A stretch of DNA of 64,000 nt from Dehalococcoidia bacterium (lineage in GTDB: Bacteria > Chloroflexota > Dehalococcoidia > Lucifugimonadales > UBA3495): contig CBDHDY010000043.1 of NCBI GenBank assembly GCA_965261885.1, forward strand, positions 103,417 through 167,416. The letters run 5' to 3'. How positions within the stretch are numbered: position 1 is the first letter of the stretch; each line of letters opens with the position of its first letter. The position numbers were made by a program, and so were the translations under genes. Below the pieces are notes generated by a model. The model ran no database searches, was not told the origin of the DNA, and saw nothing but the letters and a program-made list of their open reading frames with translations. Positions 47,886-56,825 of this stretch are shown here, piece by piece.

Positions 47886-48150
47886 TTAAGACCTGCTCCA
47901 GAATGGACTCTTCCTGCGGGCCGGGCCGCTCACTCCATTGCCGGAAATACTTGTAGCAGGTGCGCCAGTCCGGGAAGTCCGCCGGGAGCATCCGCCACTG
48001 GCAACCGCTCTTCAGCAAGTAGAGCACGCCGCAGAAAACGTCGTACAGGTCCACGGTGCGGGGCTTGGTCCGTCGGCGGGCCGATTCCAGCATGGGAAGA
48101 ATCCGGGCGAATCGCTCCCGGCTGATGTCGCTGGGATAGGAATGAGACAT
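47782..48150 (-). CDS. IS5-family transposase, orfA frame
   Basis: MSHSYPSDISRERFARILPMLE...GCQWRMLPADFPDWRTCYKYFRQW. The frame runs through the A8 run at 47880-47887. Confidence 0.85.
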   Translation of the reverse strand: MSHSYPSDISRERFARILPMLESARRRTKPRTVDLYDVFCGVLYLLKSGCQWRMLPADFPDWRTCYKYFRQWSERPGPQEESILEQVLKKIGWRGPTKQWTERADQLLHRGLPERQEHRQCR

Positions 48151-48484
48151 GATTACCCTGCCTTGGTAATAGTCTCAACTTAACATATCCCAGAGATCGT
48201 AGACAGGCTCTTAGATCCGCTCGGCAACCGTCTCGAATATCAGTGTTGAAGATTAAAGGAAAACCCCAAGTTGGTTCCAATGGTGGTCCCTCTCCTGCTT
48301 TCCCATTGGGGTTACCGTTACGTCAGAATTAACTCGGAGCTGTCCGCATTGCCGCATATTTTTACCTTGACTTGTGGGACAAAAACCACGGCAGGTACCT
48401 TCCTGCTCCTGGCAAGGGCAGGGTGTTCACGGCGCCACCGACAAGTCCATGTTGCGCTGATTTGGAGACCGCCTTTTTACTAAA

Positions 48485-48823
48485 TTGCCTTTGAAAAGCA
48501 GACGCAAGCCAGATATTACCAAGTCGATTGCCGCGCCCTACGGCACCTGGAAGTCTCCTATCTCTCTGGAGATGGTCGCCCACGACAGGGAAGGTCTGTG
48601 GGAACCCCAGATCCTGCTGGCCGACAACGATTTTCACAGTTCGCCATGCCTCAGCCCCGACGGAAAGCTATTGGCGTGGCTCTACTGGGACCACCCCAAC
48701 ATGCCACGGGGCGGCACTGAGCTGTGGACTGCCCCGTTCCATGCAGATGGCAGTCTGGGAGAGGCGACCTTCGTTGCCGGCGGCGTGGACCTGGCAGTCA
48801 TTCAACCGGAATGGTGCCGGTAA
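48485..48823 (+). pseudogene. S9-family peptidase remnant (N-terminal propeller, internally deleted and truncated)
   Basis: APYGTWKSPISLEMV...SPCLSPDGKLLAWLYWDHPNMPRGGTELW...IQPEW, then a stop. No catalytic domain follows. Confidence 0.6.
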
Positions 48824-48883
48824 ACGATCACGTCCCAGGCGATTTTCCCTGATTCAGCAGCCGGAAATATTGCAGAGAGAAAG

Positions 48884-49891
48884 CTAACCGTGAGCTAGCG
48901 CCGCCTGCTCCTTCTGCCGGCGCGCCAGCCAATTGCGGTCTGCCTCCGACTCGCTGAGTTCGTCGTCAAAGAACCCGTGCCCCCGCTTGACCATGTGCAT
49001 GGCCTCATAGAAGAGCAGCCAAACGATGTGGCGCACCACCTCGTCGGGCACGCCGTTGGCGTAGAAGGAGCGGGGGTTCATATCGGGGTCGGCGTTAACG
49101 TAGTCCACGGCGTAGAACTTGCCGTCCTGGTGCAGGCAGATTTCCGAGGTGAACTTCTTCATTCGGGAGACCCTGGCGATGTCTCGCATGATTCGCCTCA
49201 GGGGTCGAAGGTGATAGGTCCTTACCTCCCCCGGCGTCACCATCTGGTACTCGTGGGTCACGGGATTCCACCAGCACGGTATGACTTCACGGCAGACGTG
49301 AAACATGCGGAACCACGCCACGTGAATACCTAGATCCTTAGGCTCCAGGCGCTTCTGGATCAGGAAGGCATCAGCGTTGGGGGCCTGTTCCGCCGACCAG
49401 AGGAGGGCCTCCTCCGAGTCGGCGTCCACCACCACGCCCGAGTCGCCCCACGCCGGCTTGACCACGTAGGGGACGCCGATCATCGCCTTGGTCTGCTCGT
49501 CCAGCCGGTACGTGCCAATTTCTTCGCGGGGCACCACCACAGTCTGCGGCACCGGCACCCCGTTTTCCACCAGCTTGTTGTGCAAGCGCCCCTTGTGGGC
49601 TGACACGGCCGTGACGTCCGGGTCGTCAATGACATAGCCGCCGTGCTTCTTCACCTCTTTCGCCAGGCGTACGTATGGGTCGGTTTCAAGGGTCTGATTG
49701 GCGGTCAGGTCCAGCAACACCTTGGCCGACACATCACCAGCCACCACCTTCTGGTGGAACTCGTTAACCCAGGTGTCGTTGCAGACGAAAAATGTGAGGT
49801 TATTTTGCCCACACAGCTCCCGCATTTTGTGAGCAAAGAAGTTGTAATTGGGGAATGGGGTCGCCAAGACGATGTCGTAGGATTCGGACAT
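48884..49891 (-). CDS. ATP-grasp domain protein (RimK-like ligase fold)
   Basis: 335 aa with ..HKGRLHNKLVENGVPVPQTVVVP...GVPYVVKPAWGDSGVVVDADS..AFLIQKRLEP... Confidence 0.7.
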   Translation of the reverse strand: MSESYDIVLATPFPNYNFFAHKMRELCGQNNLTFFVCNDTWVNEFHQKVVAGDVSAKVLLDLTANQTLETDPYVRLAKEVKKHGGYVIDDPDVTAVSAHKGRLHNKLVENGVPVPQTVVVPREEIGTYRLDEQTKAMIGVPYVVKPAWGDSGVVVDADSEEALLWSAEQAPNADAFLIQKRLEPKDLGIHVAWFRMFHVCREVIPCWWNPVTHEYQMVTPGEVRTYHLRPLRRIMRDIARVSRMKKFTSEICLHQDGKFYAVDYVNADPDMNPRSFYANGVPDEVVRHIVWLLFYEAMHMVKRGHGFFDDELSESEADRNWLARRQKEQAALAHG

Positions 49892-50004
49892 GACGCACCT
49901 GCTGAATTATTTCGGGTCGGACTTTATCGGTTGCCGCAGGGGAACACCCTGAAGGCAACTCAATGTTAAGGCTCACCCGAACCGCATGTCCCCGCATCGG
50001 GCGA

Positions 50005-50823
50005 TTATTTTTGACAGATGTACATACCCCATCCCAGTTCCTGCCGTTCCACGGCCAGCACCATCTGGTCATAGGCGCGGGAGAGGCCCTCATACACCTC
50101 CGGGTCCTTCTCGCGCTGAGAAATGGCCATTTGAGACAGGCAACCATAGCTCTTGCCCAGGTGCTCGGAAAGATCATGTGCGTCCAGCACCCTGAATCCC
50201 ACCTGCCTCAGCGCGTCCTGGTAACCTGTGAAACTGTAGTCGGTATCGAAGAGCAGCCGGTCGTAAACGTAGCGGCGGGCGTCGTCGCTGATGTCGGGCC
50301 TGGGCTTGGTGAGGTCGTCGAAGACCAGGAGGCCGCCCGGCGCTAGCACCCGATAGGCCTCCTGCAGGGCCTTCTCCTTGTCGTGGATGTGGTAGATGGT
50401 AGCTTGGCTCCAAACGTGGCTGAAAACCCTTTCCCTGAACGGTAGGTCGGTGCCCGAGGCTTTCTCGAACTTCAGTCGGTTCCGCACGTCGGGCGGTTGG
50501 GCGGCCGTGGACTCAATGGCGTTGCTGACGCGGACGCCGCTGAGGTCAATGCCGGTCACGCTGCATCCGGCGCTGCGGCACAGCCAGGTTGAGGCGTTGC
50601 CGTTGCCGCAGCCCATGTCCAGCACAATGGACTCGGGCTGAATCTTGGCCTTCTCCAGCATCACGCGGTTGAGGTTGGTGCAGGCGGCGAGGAAATCGTC
50701 GCCGGTCTGCTCATCGAACCAGCCCCAGTGGAGGCTGCCCTCCCGGTCCCAGAAGGACCGATACAGGGCGTCCTCCGCGTCGTAAAATGCCTCGGTATTC
50801 TGCTCAGAAAAGCGGCTGCTCAT
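50005..50823 (-). CDS. class I SAM-dependent small-molecule methyltransferase
   Basis: VLDMGCGNGNAS motif I. N-terminal FYDAEDALYRSFWDREGSLHWGWF resembles sarcosine/dimethylglycine-type and related methyltransferases. I prefer ATG 50823 (SD AAGGTG, 6 nt) over the track GTG at 50832. Confidence 0.8.
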   Translation of the reverse strand: MSSRFSEQNTEAFYDAEDALYRSFWDREGSLHWGWFDEQTGDDFLAACTNLNRVMLEKAKIQPESIVLDMGCGNGNASTWLCRSAGCSVTGIDLSGVRVSNAIESTAAQPPDVRNRLKFEKASGTDLPFRERVFSHVWSQATIYHIHDKEKALQEAYRVLAPGGLLVFDDLTKPRPDISDDARRYVYDRLLFDTDYSFTGYQDALRQVGFRVLDAHDLSEHLGKSYGCLSQMAISQREKDPEVYEGLSRAYDQMVLAVERQELGWGMYICQK

Positions 50824-50986
50824 ACTTTGCACCTTCTATGGTTTTGATCTATGTGTTCACGAATTTATTGTTTCGGTCAAAGAGGATTATTTTCGGTTTG
50901 ATTGAGTCCTCGGGGACTTCAAATCACATGATGATAAAGCAGTCGCTTTTCGTGCAAAGCCTGCTCCTGCTCTCCGCACCGGCACC

Positions 50987-51385
50987 GTGCCGGGACCACA
51001 CACCGGGCAGGGCGTAAGTCTCCCAGCGCTGTCCGCTTGTAACGTTGCCGATGAGTACCATTTCGTACTCTCACAGGTCCGCAAGATTCATCAGGGCCCG
51101 GTCCATGATCACAGTGATTGGAGTCCACCCTCGCTGCTCTTGCCGCCGTCGGACTGGGGCGTGTTGGCCCGTACCCTGGACAGCATCAACGATGTTCCTG
51201 ACTTTGAGTGGCTGGTGATAGACGCCATCTATATCAATGTGCCTTCCCACGGCGACGGAGCGTGTGGGGACGACCAGTCCAATGATGGGCCGGGCAGTAA
51301 TGTATTGCAAAGCCTGACCGGCAACAAGGCAGACTGTTTGAGGCGGTGGGTACCATCGTGGACATGGGTTGCTCCAGTTCCCTGA
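50987..51385 (+). pseudogene. degenerate IS5-family transposase remnant
   Basis: ..DWGVLARTLDSINDVPDFEWLVIDAIYINVPSHGDGACGDD.. loosely follows the IS5 pattern W..GVW..L...D.EW..IDST.VRAHQHAAGA.GG. Confidence 0.35.
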
Positions 51386-51506
51386 AGGTGAGGCTGCGGA
51401 ACATTCTGGTGATGCGCCGGCGGGGACGATCTGCATATCTCCGGCAAATTTGTTCAATGCCGGATTGAGCGACTGTCAGGAGTCTAATGTCGTTGAAGAG
51501 GAAACA

Positions 51507-52952
51507 ATGTGGGCGAATGAACTCGCTGTGATTCTGGCGATAGCCGGGCTGTTTGCAGCAAGTGTCGCTTGCAGCAATCCTGATGGCGCGGTACCAATTG
51601 GGGGAAGCACTGCTACGGCCGTATCGCAACCCGTACCCACAATCCAGGTTCCCGACGGTTCAACATGGATTCTTCAGGGGCTGGACGGAAGTCCACTGAT
51701 CGAAGGCACTTTTGCATGGCTAAACGTGGACGGGCACACCTTCACCGGATTCGACGGTTGCAACAACTTTGGAGGGAGATCAGAGGACGGGACACCGGTT
51801 GCTGGTGCAGACGGTGAGTTCACCCTTCCGCCCGCCGTCAGTACTTTAATTGGGTGCCAGTTTCCCCATGGAATCCTGGACCAGGCGGACAGCTATCTCG
51901 AGTTGTTGAGGCTGGGTGAGAGGTTCAGCGTTGATGGTGACCTGCTGGAGATTATCGACAGTATGGGCGCGGCGCGGCTGGTTTTCGTCCGGCAAGTATC
52001 CCTCGCCGGTCGTTCTGCAGAACTGCCGGGCACTCAGTGGCAACTGGTGGGGGAAGGCAAGGGTGGCGATGATGTGAAGGCGGCCACCCTTGCCTTCGTA
52101 GACGAACACCTGGTCGCTGGCATGACTGGATGCCGCGGGTATGTGGCATCTTACGGGTCGTCAGGCGGCCAATTGAGTTTCCCTGCAATTTCAATGACGG
52201 AGTACGAAGTATCGTCGTGTTCAGAAGAGATGCGGGAGCGAGAAGGCCGGTTCACCGACGACCTGTCGCAGGCTCTCGAATATTCCGTCAGTGAAGAGGA
52301 AGGGGCGATGCGACTCATGATCCGGACTAGTCGGGGGAAGACGGTGACATTCTCCCCGCTGGCCAATGAGATCGGAAGCGTGTTTGACGTGGAATGGCAC
52401 CTGACAGCCTTCGTGAGCGTGGGTCAGAGGGACTCCGACATGGGTCTGCTGCGGACCTCGAGGCTGATCCCGGGAACGGAGATGACGGTAAGGTTCAGTG
52501 AGGGCGCTGTAGGTGGATCGGCGGGTTGCAACTCCTACGGTTCACAGCCAGAGTCGGGTGGCATCCTGGTCAATGAAGACGGCACCTTCGATCTAGGCGA
52601 TGATATCGGCAGGAGTTTGGGGTTATGTACTGACCCGGCTGGGATTATGGAACAGGAGGAACGCTATATGGAACTTATTCCGAAGTTTGAGCGATATCGG
52701 ATATATGGGAAGCCTGCTTGTGGTCCATACCGAAGACGGCACCATCCTCCTGTTCCAAACCGAACTGTTCCGAGCCGAATAGAAATCGCTTACCTCACCC
52801 AGGGCCTCCAGCAGTCCGGGCCCCCAATCGCCAACATTCCCATCCCACACAACAATCCTCCACACTCCCTGTACATCTCACACGATTATCCAACAACCCA
52901 GACGCCCCTTTCTGCAATTACAAGTCCCTGCGCCCGGGCCAGGGTCTGTTGA
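51507..52952 (+). CDS. triple META-domain (HslJ-like) lipoprotein, frame broken near the 3' end
   Basis: MWANELAVILAIAGLFAASVAC lipobox. Three META-type units (..FTGFDGCNNFGG.., ..MTGCRGYVASY.., ..GSAGCNSYGS..). After ..FERYRIYG the homologous ending SLLVVHTEDGTILLFQTE is in the +1 frame (stop at 52782). Confidence 0.7.
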   Translation: MWANELAVILAIAGLFAASVACSNPDGAVPIGGSTATAVSQPVPTIQVPDGSTWILQGLDGSPLIEGTFAWLNVDGHTFTGFDGCNNFGGRSEDGTPVAGADGEFTLPPAVSTLIGCQFPHGILDQADSYLELLRLGERFSVDGDLLEIIDSMGAARLVFVRQVSLAGRSAELPGTQWQLVGEGKGGDDVKAATLAFVDEHLVAGMTGCRGYVASYGSSGGQLSFPAISMTEYEVSSCSEEMREREGRFTDDLSQALEYSVSEEEGAMRLMIRTSRGKTVTFSPLANEIGSVFDVEWHLTAFVSVGQRDSDMGLLRTSRLIPGTEMTVRFSEGAVGGSAGCNSYGSQPESGGILVNEDGTFDLGDDIGRSLGLCTDPAGIMEQEERYMELIPKFERYRIYGKPACGPYRRRHHPPVPNRTVPSRIEIAYLTQGLQQSGPPIANIPIPHNNPPHSLYISHDYPTTQTPLSAITSPCARARVC

Positions 52953-53170
52953 CATCGATTTGGCTAGTCGATGTACTCTGCCAATTATCAAAATATTGAA
53001 TATATTATGATCATAATCACAATATTGATGCATTCAAATATGTAATAGTTAGATAATTTGTTACGAAAAGCGCTAAATCATAGACCAGCAGCTAACCGGC
53101 TCGAGGACACCGACTGCGTCGGATGTGTCGATTAGCATCAGCCTCATCTAATTTCACATAGGGAGGTACG
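52949..53170 (+). promoter_or_regulatory. AT-rich control region upstream of the ABC importer genes
   Basis: TTGACA at 52949-54. Dyad CATCGA-N9-TCGATG at 52953-52973. 14-bp perfect palindrome ATTATGATCATAAT at 53004-53017. AATATTGA occurs twice (52992 and 53021). Confidence 0.45.
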
Positions 53171-53173
53171 GTC

Positions 53174-54916
53174 GTGTTAGCTAATCGATTCAAAACACCC
53201 AGCGTCTTGGTGATCCGGATCTTCTTTGTTTCAGCGCTCCTGTTTTTCATCCTCGGCTGCGGATCGGGCGACACGCCGTCAACGGACGGGGAGGAGACCG
53301 AGGCGGCTCCGGTATCACAGGACACAAGCACCCCGGTGCCGGGGGCCGAGCCGACCGATGCGCCGCCTCCTGCCGGGTCGCCCCGGTACGGCGGGATCGT
53401 CAACATTCAGAAGCACGGCCCGCCGGGCAAATTGGACCCCCATCCCTCCGTTGCGGGGTTGGATGCCTCCGAGTTTGCCCATGTCTACGACAACCTGGTG
53501 CAATACAACCCCTTTGAACCGACCAATGAGATAGTCCCAGACTTGGCCGAGAATTGGGATATCAGTGATGACGGTCTGGTCTTCACCTTCCACCTCCATG
53601 ACAACGTGGTCTGGTCGGATGGTGAACCCTTCACTGCCGACGACGTGTTATTCAGTCTGGAGCGCATGGTGGAGCCTGGGAAACCGAGACCCCGCGCCGG
53701 TCTGATCCGCCAGTACTACGAGAGTTCCAGGGTGATCGACGATAACACTATCGAGGTAACCCTGGGCTTTCCGGCGGCGGCCTTCTTGAACGTGCTTGGC
53801 ATGGAATACGTCAAGATACTCCCCAGGCACGTCGTCGAGGCTGGTGTAGACATTGACCTGGGCGAAAACATGGTCGGCACCGGCCCGTACAAATTCGTCA
53901 AATACGTCAGGGGCAACCGGTTGGAGTTCGAGAAAAACGAAAATTACTGGCGTGAAGGACTGCCCTACCTGGACGGCATTAACAAGATCATCATTAGCGA
54001 TATCGGTCGCATCATCGCCGCATTCAAGGCGGAACAGGTGATGACGTCCACCTTGGGCTGGACCAACCTGACAGTCCGCGATTACTTGAAGCTGTCGGAA
54101 GACGCCGGGGATATCCTGTCGGTTCCCCGATTGTGTTGCGACCAAGCTGGCTTCGGTCTAATGATGAACGTGAACAAGTCACCAACCGATGACGTGAAGG
54201 TCCGGCGGGCTATCTTCCTTGCCGTGGACCGGGAAGCCATCAACCAGGCAAACATTGCCGGCGAGGGGACGGTCGGCAGTCCGGTTCAGACTTGGGCTGG
54301 GCTTGGTATGAGCCAGGAAGAACTGGCCCAGCAACCGGGATTCCGTGTGAACGCCGACGGCTCAAAACATCCCGATGACCTTCAAATGGCGCGGAACCTG
54401 CTGGCTGAAGCGGGCTACGCGGACGGACTGGATATTACGTTGCGGTTCAGCCTCACTGAAGGTCAGAACCCCGATTCGGCAGCCCTCATTAAGGACCAGC
54501 TGAAAGACGTGGGAATCAATGTGACGCTGGAGGGCCTCGAATACCAAACGGCCCTTGAAGCTTGGAAGTCCGTGGACTTCGAACTCGGAATTCAGGGGAA
54601 CGGGTACGTTGTTCCAGACCCGGATGTGCTGCTCAACGCGTTCTACATGCCTCAGGGGACGAGGAATTACAGCCACTGGTCCCACCCCGGGTTTATCGAT
54701 CTGTACAACCAGCAATCGAGGGCCACCGATCCGGCCGAACGCCTGGAACTAATCAGCCAGATGGAAAACATCATCCTGTTCGACGACACCCCTGCCGTGA
54801 TGCTCTACTACCAACCGTTTTTCTGGCCCTTCAATCACAAGCTCAAGAACTTCGCCGTTCCTCTCACGGTCGCTTCCTCCTACATGCAGTTTGATTCGCT
54901 CTGGCTGGAAGAGTAG
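53174..54916 (+). CDS. ABC transporter substrate-binding lipoprotein, family 5 (peptide/nickel type)
   Basis: 580 aa. GTG start with GGGAGGT SD. Lipobox FFILGC. Confidence 0.9.
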   Translation: MLANRFKTPSVLVIRIFFVSALLFFILGCGSGDTPSTDGEETEAAPVSQDTSTPVPGAEPTDAPPPAGSPRYGGIVNIQKHGPPGKLDPHPSVAGLDASEFAHVYDNLVQYNPFEPTNEIVPDLAENWDISDDGLVFTFHLHDNVVWSDGEPFTADDVLFSLERMVEPGKPRPRAGLIRQYYESSRVIDDNTIEVTLGFPAAAFLNVLGMEYVKILPRHVVEAGVDIDLGENMVGTGPYKFVKYVRGNRLEFEKNENYWREGLPYLDGINKIIISDIGRIIAAFKAEQVMTSTLGWTNLTVRDYLKLSEDAGDILSVPRLCCDQAGFGLMMNVNKSPTDDVKVRRAIFLAVDREAINQANIAGEGTVGSPVQTWAGLGMSQEELAQQPGFRVNADGSKHPDDLQMARNLLAEAGYADGLDITLRFSLTEGQNPDSAALIKDQLKDVGINVTLEGLEYQTALEAWKSVDFELGIQGNGYVVPDPDVLLNAFYMPQGTRNYSHWSHPGFIDLYNQQSRATDPAERLELISQMENIILFDDTPAVMLYYQPFFWPFNHKLKNFAVPLTVASSYMQFDSLWLEE

Positions 54917-54919
54917 CTG

Positions 54920-55882
54920 ATGGGGCAGTACGTCGGAAAGAGGGTCATTCTATTCGTCCCGACCCTTCTGCTGATTTCTCTGATTATCATCATCCTGCTT
55001 CGGGTGATACCCGGCGACCCTGCTTTGGCCATCCTCATGGGAGACCAGGGAGATGCGGGTCAATTCACCCAGGAAGAATATGACGAGGTTCGCCGGCAGT
55101 TGGGAACCGACCGGCCCATCATGGTCCAGTATGGCACGTGGATCGCCGATCTCTTGAGAGGCGAGTTCGGGGAGTCCATGTGGTACGGACAACCCGTCTG
55201 GGACGAACTAAAGGAGAAATTCCCGACCACTTTGGAACTGGTCGTACTGGCGCTGATTCTCAGTTTTGTCGTAGCTGTGCCAGTGGGGATAATTTCAGCC
55301 GTCAGACAGAATACTTGGCCCGACTACGCTGCGAGGGTGTTTGCGATTGCCGGCACGGCGTTTCCAAACTGGTGGATTGGCATCATCGCGATCTACGTGC
55401 TGCTCCGATTCTTTGGTTGGGTGCCTCCGGTGGTCTACGCCAAGCTGTGGGAGGACCCGCTCCAGAACCTGCAGCAATTGATTCTCCCGGCAATCGTCCT
55501 GGGCTATTACAACATGGCGCTCGTCGCCCGGGTGACCAGGTCCTCCATGCTGGACGTTCTCAGAGAAGATTACATTCGTACCGCCTATTCCAAAGGGCTG
55601 CGCGAAAAGGCGGTCATAATCCGACATGCTCTCAAGAATGCTTTTCTGCCCGTTCTCACCATTTCGGGCTGGCAGATCGGAGTTCTCCTGGGAGGGACGG
55701 TTCTGGTGGAACAGGTATTCACGGTTCCCGGCGTCGGGCTGTCTCTGTGGGAAGGCTTTTTCCACCGGGATTTCACCATGATTCAAGGGATTGTTTTCTT
55801 GGTTGCCGGGGGTGTGCTCGTCCTGAACCAGCTGATAGACATCACCTACGGCTGGCTCGATCCGAGAATTCGATTCACCTAG
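54920..55882 (+). CDS. ABC transporter permease (DppB/OppB-like)
   Basis: 320 aa starting MGQYVGKRVILFVPTLLLISLIIIILLRVIPGDP. Confidence 0.9.
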   Translation: MGQYVGKRVILFVPTLLLISLIIIILLRVIPGDPALAILMGDQGDAGQFTQEEYDEVRRQLGTDRPIMVQYGTWIADLLRGEFGESMWYGQPVWDELKEKFPTTLELVVLALILSFVVAVPVGIISAVRQNTWPDYAARVFAIAGTAFPNWWIGIIAIYVLLRFFGWVPPVVYAKLWEDPLQNLQQLILPAIVLGYYNMALVARVTRSSMLDVLREDYIRTAYSKGLREKAVIIRHALKNAFLPVLTISGWQIGVLLGGTVLVEQVFTVPGVGLSLWEGFFHRDFTMIQGIVFLVAGGVLVLNQLIDITYGWLDPRIRFT

Positions 55883-55910
55883 ACCTGAAGATCGGCAATA
55901 AGAGGAAGTC

Positions 55911-56825
55911 TTGACGACAGACTATATTCAAGAAGCTGCCCAAATCCGGCCTATCCAACCGGTTGGTCGCACTTCCGGCGCCGTGCATACGGTATCAGAG
56001 TTTTGGAAGAAGCAGCCCCTCGGCACCATTGGTGCTGTGATAGTCGCCTTTGCAATTCTGGTGGCCGTTCTGGCACCGGTAATTGCTCCCTATGACCCTT
56101 ACGAACCCCATCCCACGGAAGCTTTCGTCGGGCCCAGCAGTGATTACCTGCTGGGCACCGACCAGATCGGGCGCGACGTGCTGACACGGCTAATCTACGG
56201 CGCCCGTATCTCACTCTATGTGGGGATAGTGAGCGTGTTGGTCGGGACCACCATCGGCACAATCATAGGCATTTCCAGCGCCTACTTCGGGGGAATTGTA
56301 GACCTGGTCATTCAACGGGTTCTGGACGCGATCATGTCCTTTCCGGGCATCATTCTTGCCATCGCAATCATGGCCGCGTTCGGTAGTGCCTCCCTGGAGA
56401 ATATCATAATCACTCTGATGATAATTTTTGCCCCCGGAGCAGCGCGAACCATACGGTCTCGCGTCCTGAGTATCAAGGAGATGGACTTTGTATTGGCCGC
56501 CAAGGCTATTGGGGCCGGGGACCGGCGTATTCTCTTTCGGCACCTGGCCCCGAACGTGGTATCCCTGTACATTGTATTCTTCAGCATCACTGTCGGATTC
56601 GCCATCATAGCGGAGGCTTCGCTGAGCTTCCTTGGCATCGGAGCACCGCCCGACGCCCCGTCCTGGGGTGGAATGTTGGCCCAGTCCACTTCGAAAGGCG
56701 TTGACATCGCTCCCTGGATGGCGATATTCCCCGGAATCGCCATTGGCCTGATAGTGTTCGGGTTCAATTTATTTGGCGATGCCCTTCGCGACGTACTGGA
56801 CCCACGATTGCGGGGGACGAGCTAG
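55911..56825 (+). CDS. ABC transporter permease (DppC/OppC-like)
   Basis: 304 aa. TTG start with AAGAGGAA SD. The TAG stop lies in CTAGCAGCCCG. Confidence 0.85.
   Translation: MTTDYIQEAAQIRPIQPVGRTSGAVHTVSEFWKKQPLGTIGAVIVAFAILVAVLAPVIAPYDPYEPHPTEAFVGPSSDYLLGTDQIGRDVLTRLIYGARISLYVGIVSVLVGTTIGTIIGISSAYFGGIVDLVIQRVLDAIMSFPGIILAIAIMAAFGSASLENIIITLMIIFAPGAARTIRSRVLSIKEMDFVLAAKAIGAGDRRILFRHLAPNVVSLYIVFFSITVGFAIIAEASLSFLGIGAPPDAPSWGGMLAQSTSKGVDIAPWMAIFPGIAIGLIVFGFNLFGDALRDVLDPRLRGTS

Larger units (their letters stand above)
47350..48210 (-). mobile_element. IS5-family (IS1031/IS427-like) insertion sequence, 861 bp
   Basis: IRs GAGCCTGTTTACAATCTCT (47350-) and AGAGATCGTAGACAGGCTC (-48210), 17 of 19 matching. 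Flanking direct repeat TTA (47347-49 and 48211-13). Two overlapping transposase frames. Confidence 0.85.

Noticed and set aside
48884-50832. ATP-grasp plus methyltransferase as a mycosporine-like amino acid or graspetide cluster
   Set aside because: There is no dehydroquinate-synthase-like (DDGS/EEVS) gene, the methyltransferase is not the O-MT type expected, and no precursor-peptide ORF was found.
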